From NCBI GenBank assembly GCA_040954595.2, contig CM082579.2, positions 10,901,625 to 10,965,624 of the forward strand: 64,000 nt of DNA, read 5' to 3'. The position numbers and the translations under genes are program-made. Shown here one piece after another: positions 53,377-64,000 of the stretch (its first letter is position 1; each line of letters begins with the position of its first letter). This DNA is from Balanoglossus misakiensis (lineage: Eukaryota; Animalia; Hemichordata). Under the pieces are notes generated by a model that was not told the origin of the DNA, searched no databases, and worked only from the letters and a program-made list of their open reading frames with translations.

Positions 53377-55420
53377 GAAACAGACATTCATACTTAACAG
53401 ACATTCATACTTAAGTTTAACACTCAGAGACAGGAATGTGGGTTGTAAAACATGCTTGCTCCCATACATCCCTTTGAATATTATCCTAATCCTGATGTAC
53501 ATGTATCAGATCAATCTTGTATATTACTAATTGAACGATTTGTTCTTCGAAATAACAACCAGTTCAATACACAAAGTCATGCAAAGGGGTAATACAACAC
53601 CTCTTCTCCAGAAAGTCAAGGGTTCTCGAGAATACAGGCAGCTCCTAAAGAACATGTGCTGTGAGAAACCTAGCAAAGCTATATCAAACCAACAGAATCC
53701 CAGTGGAAATCAAGTTGGACAACTCTTAGTCAAGCCCAAGAAAAGAAGGGTCAACCTCAGGAAATCAGTGGCCAAAAGTCATGCACATGTTTCTTTACAA
53801 AAAAAAACGTATAATCATATGACTGTACAAGAAATGGCGTGGTATGAAAATTACATTACATTGTATTTATTTTCAAAGTACATCACTGTATGAAAGAAAA
53901 GTCAACAATTTCGCCATAGATCACCCTGAATGTTTACCACTATATAGAAGAAGTTCACATTTAGTGTTTATTGTCCTAACTGGACATCTTGAATAACATG
54001 AAAGTTTCAGTGCAAATAATTGCAATACGATAAACGTGACAAAAGAAATAAGACAACACACACTGCATCAAGCCCTGAATGAACCAATGACAATCAAGAT
54101 ATTTACTCTGAAAACAAATCACATCAAACTGTCGTCAAAACAGGCAATCAACAAATTGGTACTGTGACACTATAGTTTACACCACAAGAAAACTGCTGAT
54201 GGTAGCTATGATGTGTCACACGGAAAACTCAATATGTCACACATCACTTTCTTTAGAATATCTGAAATGTTCAAATACAAGTAGTATGGTACAATGGGTA
54301 TGACTGATCAAATACTTTACACTTGCGTGTCATTATCTTTTCAAACTTGAAAATCCCAATTACCGCCAGCCATCGAAATAAACTCACTGAATTGTAAACC
54401 ACCGATCATTCGTTGGTCTACAGCATGTGGATAGACAAATGTACAACATGGCAAAGAGTATGTGAATCTACAGAGGGCGCTATTTTTCCTGTACCCAAAC
54501 TCAACAAGAGTGGACACAGCTTTCCTTACAAATGAATCGTGATACATTTTGTCATCTCTTGGTTCTTACATTTTTCTAAAAATGAAAAATTTCTGTGACA
54601 AAATGATTTTTTCAAAGTAAAGTATGACCGTCCTCTGCAATGCATCATTCTAACAAATACAAAACAACAACAACAGTTGAACACATTCTACAACTGTACT
54701 GATACAAGAGAAAACTATCTGCATATTGGCGAAATAAATCCAAACGTAATGAATAGTGCAAACACAAAAAAATAATTCAAATTCATCTCCTGTAGAGCAC
54801 ACACATGGTTATATGACACACAATATTTACTGTGTCATAGGGAAAGCCAAAGAACAAACTGTAAATACTATATATAACGCTCGGAAACATTGACAGCTAG
54901 AATTGTCGGTTTTCAAGACAACTCCAAAACGTTGCTAACATTCAGAATGAACATTTCAGGAAACATTTCTAAAATAAGACTTTTCACTGCAGTGTATGTA
55001 ATTGGTTGAAAAGTGATGGAAGCAACCCAAGATCATTACAAACAATTCTTAAAACACACGGTAACGACACATCCCTCCATTGTTGATTCAAAATTATGTA
55101 TGCTCACTAATTTGACTGACCAAGCCACTTTCCCCAGCTATACCCAAAGCCACAAATGAACGTGTACATTATTGTGAACTTTCAACCTTTGAAGGGTGGG
55201 TTTCGGTTGATTGGAACATACAAAATTCATGACAAACATATTATTACTATGGACAAACAATATTAGACAAAATTACTGACAACATTCATTTTGCAGGAGG
55301 CCTGTGGTTGGTTAACATGCTTGAGGTTCCCAGGAAATCATTGTTTTTGGTATCCCTAAATGAGTTATTTCGATATATTTTCTAATTAGTAGTTTTCTTT
55401 ACTGCTGATTACAAGTTAAA

Positions 55421-57050
55421 TCATTTTTTTTTCTGTTCAGATAACCTTGCTTTGTACTCCTGTGCATGCTTGCCCCAGGAATACTCCTGACCACAGGCTT
55501 CTGTTATGTTTAGGTATTTCAGTGCATTGGCAGAGTCATTTTGTTCTTGGTAAGCGTCGGCAAGATTATAACATGCATTTAGTATGTGATATGGGTCAGA
55601 GAGGGTGCTGATCAGATGGGTATATATTTCACATGCATCACTGTACTGTTTCAAGTATCTGAAGGCAATGGCCTTCACGATAGAAGCAATGGGATACAAA
55701 CCACCTGCATATGCAACTGCTTTGTCGAGACACTCTATGGCTTTTAGCAGGCACTGACGATTGCTTTCTATCGGATTGTGATGGTATTTGGCCATGTATG
55801 TGTCTCCTAGGTTAAACGCGAAAATTGGATTGTCTGGCTCTTGTGCTGCTGCATTGTGAATAACTCGCAGTGCTTTTTCGGAGTCTCCAACATTGCTGTA
55901 GCAGTAATAATGACGTGCAAAATTTACCGTGGAATTGGATAAAGGGGTTAATTCGAGTGCTTTCTGGGTGAGTTGACGTGCTTCTTCATAGCGACCTTCA
56001 TTGAGTGACAGCTTACTTAAAATTCCCAAAGCATAGCTGTGATGGGCATTTTTCTTAAGAATTCTCTCAAGCAAATTTCTTTCTTTTGCCATTATTTGTA
56101 AAGCTTCTGGACATTTTGAATCTTTACAGATACGATAACGTTTTAGTGAAAGAAAAGATGCTTGCCAAAGCATCCAATCTGTTCGTTCTGGAAGTTCTAC
56201 TAAAGCATGATCAAAGCAATCAATTCCCTCATCAAACGTTTTTTTGTCAAAATAAGCAAAAGAGACACCCTTGTGAGCATATACATACGCTTTCTGTTTC
56301 CCTGACAATTTATCAAGTGACAAAGTTGCTATCAACTTTAGCGTTTCATCAACTCTGTCCATCTCACCCGACATGAAATGAACCCATGCTTTATCTGCAA
56401 GAAGAACCAACTTATCACCAATTGGACCATCGTCGTCACCATCACAGCTGTCGAGTTCTTTCTGGTTGTCGGTGAGGGCGTCATCAAACCACTTCAAAGC
56501 GGCACTTGGATCTCTCTTGTCTTCTGATCTCAGTTTGGACACGTACAGGTAACCTTTGATAGCTTTATGGGGAACTGGAGAGAACTCCTGGTTGTGATAT
56601 TTAAATCTGTTGTCCAAACAACACTGTAAGACCTACAGTACATGGAAATGCATGTTATATTGTCATGTGCAAACCTCAGGTCTCAGGCTCATTAACTCAC
56701 ATAATATAAGAGCTTCAACTGACACAACCATTTGACAAATAAATTTTACACTTTAAATGATGCGAGAATTAGGTATTCAGGATGTTTCTTTCTACATTTC
56801 AATTAACTTTAGGGGATAAATTATTATCCTCAATGGAATAGTTGTTAAACATTTTCTTAATTTTATGATATTCCAACCAATCACAGATGTAATTTATTTA
56901 TGTATAAACTTCCAAAAATGTCAATGAAGGTCCTCACCTCAAAACTGTTGTCACAAAATTCTTCGAGTTTCCAGGTAAAGTGGCAGGGAAACCTCTGCAG
57001 AATTTCTCCATTAGATTTTGCTGTATGCTTCAATCCTGTTATGTGTGTAA
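55421..57050 (-). CDS. IFIT-like tetratricopeptide-repeat domain (two exons)
   Basis: The small exon 57050-56938 encodes EILQRFPCHFTWKL, the hallmark IFIT N-terminal CHFTW motif. The 398-aa ORF continues with IFIT-like TPRs (LADKAWVHFMSGE; KGVSF...GIDCFDHALVELPE; EEARQLTQKALELTP). Confidence 0.8.
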
Positions 57051-60000
57051 CTGAAAATTCTATTGAATAGTAAAAACAAAGTTTGGAATTTAAACTGATT
57101 TCACGATTTTAATTTTAAATTGAGATTGGTCTATTGAAATTAGCTTTTATTTATTATGGTATGCCTACATTTTATGAGAGAGTTGAGTTGTATCAAACAG
57201 TGAATGAAACAACATAAATATCTATCAGCGCAACAACATAAATATCTATCAAAAGAAACTAAAACAACCAAAATAACGTCAATATTGAGCGATTTTGTTC
57301 GTTCAATTTATTGAAGCAATATTCCCGTGGGAAAATCAGTTGAAAACTAATAGAGTTTAAAAATAAATATTCTGGACCATGTTAAAGGTATACGGTCACC
57401 TATGGAAATTAGCTATACAAATGTAGTTACCATGGCAAATTGAGATCTAGCCAATCACAGATTTTCAGTGGGTGGCACATGGGGAAAAAAGAGCGCCGTC
57501 ATATGTTCTTTAGAACGATCAAATACCCCATTTCAGCAATGTATGGGCATGTGTAAATTGGACGTGACTGTATACCTTTAAGTATAATCATTTTGCAAAG
57601 AGTGTCAATTGCAGGAAAGAAAGGGAAGATTTTGAGACCGAACACTTAAATTCGCTTTTGCTCCTAGACCCAAGAAATCTGTAATAAAAAAATAAATTCA
57701 GCCTTTCATGGCCATGCATACTTTCATAATCGAAGTTGTTTGGAGAATATTATTTTGTTTTATTTGGAGCAGATGATATAACGGATGCATGGATATGTTG
57801 CACATAACTGCATTACCTTCGATGTTCTTGTCTACAGGTGGCACAGTTGCAGTTTTCGTTTCCTTAAGTTCGTCGATAGTCTGAAGTAACTGCCGATTTT
57901 TGTCCATGGTCTTTTGATTTTCCTCTTTCAGTTTGATATTTATCATGGTTAGTTTCGAACTGTGGTTTTCACTGCTCTTCAGCATTTCCTTCAGACGCTG
58001 ACTTGTCTGCTCACTTTCTTCACCAAGAACACGAATTCTTACTTCACTTTCCCTCTTAAGGAGCGTATATTCCCTCTCCTTGGATTGTAGTAGGTCTCGA
58101 ATCTTCTTGTTTTCGTTAAAGAGCGAAGTGATGACAGAGAGATAGTTGTCTGTCGAGATTGGTTCCAAGACACGAGCAGCTCCTTCTTTTGAAATAGATT
58201 CCACCAGAATCTTGTCCGATTCTTTGGTGCCAGTGTTTAAGATGTTGACGCCATTTTGATTGACAAGTCTCTTCAGTTCTGATGAAAATGTGATTCAATA
58301 TTGTTAGCAAAATGTTATATATGATCGATACGATGTAACCCCCTTTGCAATTGGGTCGGAGGCAATAGAATGCAAATAAATGGGCACTATCTATTTTAGT
58401 TTATGCTCGATGTGCAAATCAATGGCAGACTAGTACAGACCTATCTTTAGAATCAAACTTCAACAAGCAGCCAACTAAACCAAAACATTCCCTTTAGAAC
58501 AAATTTCAGCAGCAAGCTTATTCGTTTTGATTAGTTGAATAGAGTATTGTTTGACCAACTTCCCTGCCTAAATGTTTGTGAACACTGACCGTCTCTATCA
58601 TATCTGCATGTCTCTCCCTCTTGTAAGGTGATTGAAGACAACTGTTGGCTATCCAAAATCAAACACCGTCTGATTCCAAGGACACCAAGAACTTCTGGCC
58701 GTTCATCCAACAACGGGGACAACTGTAGAGGGCGCTGTATTCTTATCAACAGGACGATTGGTGTCTGTGTGTCTCCCACATCAACATTTATCTCAGCTTC
58801 CAAAGTGCCGGAACCACCAAGTAGTTTTGATAAACCGATTCTGTTTTGGCGTGTGGCATAGACATGTCGATCAACCTCCAAGGCAACCATTGCACTATTG
58901 TCATCTGCAGGTACAAAGATCGATAATAGGCAAAATAAATTGTATGTATTCTCATTAAAATGAGCACATGTTTTACTGAATAGTGGAGTATACTTTTTAT
59001 GCAAACATTTCAAACAAATGGATTATCAGCTAGAAACATAAGAACCTATGGAGGCGTTCAAAATATCACGATATGTCATGTCATATCTGTAAGCACTTGC
59101 CTGGTTCAATCAGAATATCTTCAAGTTCTGAACACTTCTCTCCACATATTTCACAGATGTCTGCTGATTTCACTTCCGGGACAAAACCTACAAAGATATA
59201 CGTCAACGTCATGAGATGCTTTATTTACTACATCTCCTATTTACAAGTCGAACAAGTATTTTGTGATGGTGAGAAAGTCATTATCGGACATTGTAAATAC
59301 GTGTTTGATAAGAAATTTAAGGCCAGATAAAAAAATGTGCTGTTCCGATTACCCGGCCTACCCTAATTTTAACCCGCCGACCCTAAACTTTTTAGAGCTT
59401 CGTAAACTGGAAGTAAAAATAACGATGTCAAATATACAAAATTTATGAATATTGCGAGAATCAGGCAAAAACTACGACTGCCAAAGATGTAAAAAAATTG
59501 CAATAAATAAATTTCCCTACCTACCTACCCTATTATTGAAAACCATGTAATCGGAACAGCACATATTTTTTTCATTTGGCCTAGGCTAAGTTGAGTACAA
59601 ACGATTGCTCTGAAATCAGCTTACCTTCGTTCATGTACTTCAATTCTGCCCGACACCGTCTATATCGCCACACCTCTATGGTTGTCTTAAGGGGAACATC
59701 TGATACGTTTAATCTATGAAGCATAGATTCTGTGACGATATCAGCCTTGAATAATTCCCCCAATCTCCCTCGTCTGTAGTCACTCCATAATTTCTCCAAC
59801 GCCTCTGATGTCTGACATGCCAACACAACACACAGACACCCTTGCTTGATTTCCTGAATTGTAATTCCACCAACGCTGTTCAGATACTCTTTCACCTTTG
59901 GGAAATCGTCTTCAGATTTGATGCTGTAAATTTCTCTTTCTATGCGTTCAGCCTGATCTGGAGTCAAGTTAGCATTGTCGACGTAAATATGAATCTCGAT

Positions 60001-61946
60001 ATCCCCTGAAATAAAGTTCATCAATTTTAATACATTGCCGAAAATAATTTAACTTCAGCCTGAACTGCCATGTATTAAACATGCAAGAGATAAATCCACC
60101 ATCTTTAAAATCTGTTGACCGCATTTAAATCTCAGGGCAGGAGAAAACCACTTTTGTTCGAAACATCCCATATATTTAGATGGAGAAATCCATACATTGT
60201 ATCGCGAATGTGCTTACGTAATGAATATTTTACCTCGAATTGTTCTGAAGGTATGTGTGTAAGTTTGTCCACCACCAGAAGCTTGTCCGTCGTTGTGGTC
60301 ATCGTTACCATCTCCACTTTCAAACCCGTTGCCTGGTGGAAGATTTTCACCCTGCCCTCCTGTGCTGTTGCCATTGGTGATCGAACTTCCTTGTTCCTGA
60401 ACTGGAATTGTTTTCGGGTTGTCGACCCCTGGAAAGAAGTAAGAAGCATTGCAGGTATCTAAATGACATATGCTGAATGTGAGTTTACATCTACGTGTAT
60501 AACACTTTGCAGCAAAACATATTTCTGATCAGTTATTCAACTGTTAGTCTTTATATGGATATTCTTTATATCAGTGTTACACAATGTATTTGACATTCAT
60601 TCCGATACCGATTAAAGTGTTTTATGCAGCGTTCACATGTAATATTTTCTTCTTGAAGACAGTCATTATCATTTACCTTTTGAGGATTCTTCCCCAGGGT
60701 CTTCACACTCTGCAGACCTAAATGTAGAAGAATCCAGCAATTTCTTTTGTTGAACTGCAATGAAACCATTCTCTGCAGACTTATGAAGTGCTTTACTCAA
60801 TTCCTGTGATGCGTTATTAGCACGACCATATTTACACAGGACAGGCATGATGGTGTCTAACCATTTTTCACTTTCGCTATCGACATTTTGGCATTGTCCA
60901 GTGTCACATGACGGGACAGAGATGGTGGGGAAGTGTTCATCTATGAACGATGCAAGGCCTGATTGCTTTGGTTGTATTGTGGGCACACCGGCAGCACAAG
61001 ACATAAGACCGATCACACCAAATGGATCACCTTTAGTTGTGAATATTACCACGAGGTCACATTGCATCAGATCTTTCTTTAAGTGGTCCATCGATGCCTT
61101 GTTTGGATATAGCCGAATATTCAACAGGTGTGATGCGGCCATCTTCTCCAGTTTCCGCTGAAACTTTTCGCATGGTGTTTGTGTTACAAGTCCTCTGAAC
61201 TTCCACTTTGTGTTGTTATCGGAGTAGTTAAAGTAGCGAGCTACTTTTCCCATGCTACGTGCTGCTGCTTCGAATTCCTTCAGATCTTGTAGACTTGATA
61301 TTGTGTGTACAGACAGGACTTCTATTGTGTTCCCCAACTCTGAATTACTAGCTGGACGCTGACCAACACCCATCTTTGCCAAGGGAATGTACAGCTCATG
61401 CGCCACTTCTGAATTCAGAGAAACTTGAATCTTCCTCTTGTAGTCATCGCATACTGATGGACCAACTGACAAAATGGCGGAAGCCGCATTGATATATTCC
61501 ATAATTTCACCATCAAGGATTTCCAAATCGGAAGGCTCCAAGCTCATGTTGTCTATCATATCCGACAAAACTGGAACGAATCTCGGAATCCCAAGATCCT
61601 TTTGAATACACTTTGCAACATCGGCAGTTCCGTTCTTGCAAGTAGTGCCATATATTGTTGTAATCGGGAGACATTTCTTCAACTCGGGGAATCGGTCAAG
61701 GTGACAAATTAACCAGTCCCTTTGCGGTTTCTGATTTCTCTTGACAGTTGGAAGAATCAACTCCACACCATGTTCGCTCGCGTCCTCCACCTCTGCGTCA
61801 GTTGCTTCCAAAACCATGAAGGAGACTTTATTTTCTCTGACAGCAAGGTCTATCGCTAGTTGTCTTTCAGTGATACATGTTGCTATGTTACGCCTTCTCG
61901 GCCACCATTCTTCTCCAACAACCAGTACACGATTACTGTGAGACAT
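55421..61946 (-). CDS. Multidomain putative immune protein, ~1325 aa: degenerate GT4 glycosyltransferase, TRADD-N-like domain, unknown domain, coiled coil, IFIT-like TPR domain
   Basis: Exons 61946-60677, 60458 (or 60428)-60234, 60005-59625, 58904-58590, 58278-57817, 57050-56938, 56632-55421. All introns are GT-AG and the exons splice into one stop-free frame (3978 nt). The ATG is preceded by an acceptor (ttgtag|G ATG), implying at least one upstream exon. Confidence 0.75.
57382..57581. mobile_element. MITE family C copy, inverted
   Basis: TTAAAGGTATACGGTCACCT...GTGACTGTATACCTTTAA. Confidence 0.8.
59321..59581. mobile_element. Harbinger-like MITE in an intron of the GT4-IFIT gene
   Basis: TIR GGCCAGATAAAAAAATGTGCTGTTCCGATTAC / GTAATCGGAACAGCACATATTTTTTTCATTTGGCC, flanked by TAA and TAG. 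Confidence 0.75.
59625..60005 (-). CDS. TRADD-N-like domain exon
   Basis: IQEIKQGCLCVVLACQTSEALEKLWSDYRRGRLGELF...ESMLHRLNVSDVPLKTTI matches the G-x-L...LE-x-LW-x-DY-x-x-G-x-L signature of TRADD-N-like domains in invertebrate immune proteins. Confidence 0.75.
60677..61946 (-). CDS. GT-B/GT4 (Glycos_transf_1-like) domain exon of the type found in invertebrate NLR and immune proteins
   Basis: RVLVVGEEW...ERQLAIDLA...DASEHGVELI...DWL, ILSVG, EVLSV...LK...AARSMG, and DLMQCDLVV...DPFGVIGLMSCAAGVP...SGLA match the cnidarian/amphioxus immune GT4 pattern by eye. Confidence 0.8.
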
Positions 61947-63618
61947 CCTACAAGATGAATATACTATATGAATAAGATGCAAGATGTGATTTTTCATTTT
62001 AGTGAACAACATAACACTGCTTTACACATTTTCTTGAACAATATATGTTCATCCTACATGTAGTATGGTTGACATGTTTGTGTGCATGGGCCTACATACA
62101 TGTAGGTTGACTGTCACTGACACATATTTAACGTATACCAGAACACAGTGAAAACACCCCCTATTCTAATGGCAAAAAGTCTATAGTATTCTGTTTGTTT
62201 GGTTTGAACATCATTTCACTTCATTTGGTCACCCTTTCTTAGCAGGTCATTGACTGGGTTACTGGTTCTAGATTTATATACAATAATTAAAATGGGGCAA
62301 TCCATTAAGTCTTCTGTTTTACTTCCTTCACCACATATTTCATGATTTATATATTTTAAATCACACATTTTCTTAATTTTAAATTTAATTGGTTTTGTGA
62401 CTTCACATGTTGAATTTATTAGTCCGAACACAGAATTGCTGATTCAAATTCATGATGGTTCATTTGAGGCCACCACCCCCTAAGGGACAATGCGTTATCG
62501 ACCTCCTGTCCAAACAACCAGAAAGAGGTCAGCGATATACACAAAGGGTTTCTCACTCAATTGTGGCATTCCAAAAGTGAAAGAATGTGAAGTGAAAAAG
62601 AAGTCAAACACTCAACTGTCAAATAGTAAAGCATGCGAACATTTATGGTAGACTCAGGTCAAAGGTCATGAGTTGTACGGCGTATATTCAAAGCCGCATC
62701 ACGTAGTGAAAGTAATCCGCCATATGCAAATTTATAAGGTATAAATAGAAAAGGTGTCATCCGGACTATCTCTCCTCATTGCAAACGGGGAGAAGGCGAC
62801 ACAGAAGTAGGCTAAGACCCGATGGTGTAGAGGAGATACGGAGAGGGTCGGCGGTCTCCCGCCCACCCACCCCATGTATATATTGCTTTCGCCACGGATA
62901 AGCCCACCAGAATTTCGACCCAATCCTAACAATGGCTATATCCCTGATCGAAGTGATAAGGCTTTAAATATATAGTCACTTTGAGAAGGGTTCAGGGAGT
63001 GGAGAGGGACGAATGGCCGGGAAGTGAGACTCGATGCGCGTCGTTTCAATACCAAATTCAAGTCTAATTTATTATCACAAACTCTGCGGTTTATATACCG
63101 TGTGGTGAACCACAGACCAAGAGAAAAAAACAGACTAGCAACGCGGCATGTCCCTTTGATGTCTTGTTCACCTCGGCAAACAACGGCAAACAATAGGCTT
63201 CAAATGTGTCAAATGGGTTAGACACCGAGGAGACTTCCCAGAATACTTTGCGGTTGCGTCATTATCGACAGCTGCAGTACCTTGCCTGACACAGCTTTGC
63301 ATTCAGGACTCGACTGAAACACTACTTGACGACAACCACGATTTACACTTGATTTACACGTTAGAAGTAGTATTTGCATCTACAACCTATGCAAGTTTAC
63401 AGAACACGATTCGGCGAACAGGAATCTATTCCAAAAAATCGAGATTGATGATTAAACCTTTTCAAATTTACGATCGAACACACTTATTATATATTCATAT
63501 TTTTTATTGAAATGGTCAAACTCATCTCTCCGATGCTCAAACTTCCTCAAATTTTCGCTGTACACTCGCCTTCCATCTACAGCTGACTGACAACAACAAC
63601 ACAAACTTTCACGAAAAC

Positions 63619-63646
63619 ACTTTCGTTTCATAATCGGGAAAATTCC
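63619..63646. promoter_or_regulatory. ISRE-like plus kappaB-like motif pair upstream of the GT4-IFIT gene
   Basis: ACTTTCGTTTC (63619-63629) and GGGAAAATTCC (63636-63646). Motif match only. Confidence 0.4.
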
Positions 63647-64000
63647 GGACATTGCCGAAGTGGATACGTTCGGAAATCTTCGGAGACAAGCTGCACCTTG
63701 AAGGTGAGCTGAGACACGCATAGGGGGATTAGGAGATGTACTTCACACCTTTTGACAATAGCGTTGCTAGTCTGTTTTTCTCTTTGTCTGTGGGTGAACC
63801 TTGACATTTGTTCACACCTGATACAATAGGTTTGGTGACCGGCGTCACACAGGTAGCAAATAAAGGAATTACATGTCTGATGAAGGAATTGCATGTCTGA
63901 CAGACAAATTGTGGGCGGAGCCTAATAGTAATATACAATGAGTGTGGTCTCCGACATGATAGCATTGCTCGATATTCTGTCAATAAATTCACAGTGTGTA

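Noticed and set aside
60132-60449. 105-aa ORF listed in the track
   Set aside because: Wrong frame: the splice phases require the alternative frame (GVDNPKTIPVQEQG...).
1-64000. CRISPR arrays, rRNA/tRNA genes, prokaryotic operons, autonomous transposase or reverse-transcriptase ORFs
   Set aside because: None recognised. The repeats are dispersed TIR elements rather than spaced direct-repeat arrays, and the DNA is eukaryotic with spliceosomal introns.

Overview
Intron-rich, AT-rich eukaryotic DNA, by inference from a marine invertebrate (deuterostome-like, e.g. hemichordate, echinoderm or amphioxus). Splicing by hand with GT-AG sites and checked phases gives four genes. (1) Calpain-15/SOL on the minus strand, 13 exons, 4526-15607. 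(2) A head-to-head GAB/DOS docking adaptor on the plus strand, 16371-39100. (3) An 8-exon gene for a secreted, probably GPI-anchored Cys-rich protein on the minus strand, 43819-50160, which is fragmented in the ORF track. (4) The highlight: a 7-exon, ~1325-aa putative innate-immune fusion on the minus strand, 55421-61946. It joins a degenerate GT4-type glycosyltransferase domain, a TRADD-N-like domain, an unrecognised module, a coiled coil and an IFIT-like TPR domain (CHFTW motif), mostly through phase-1 introns, with ISRE- and kappaB-like motifs upstream. Introns and intergenic DNA carry several MITE families and microsatellites. All homology calls come from motif recognition by eye, not database searches.
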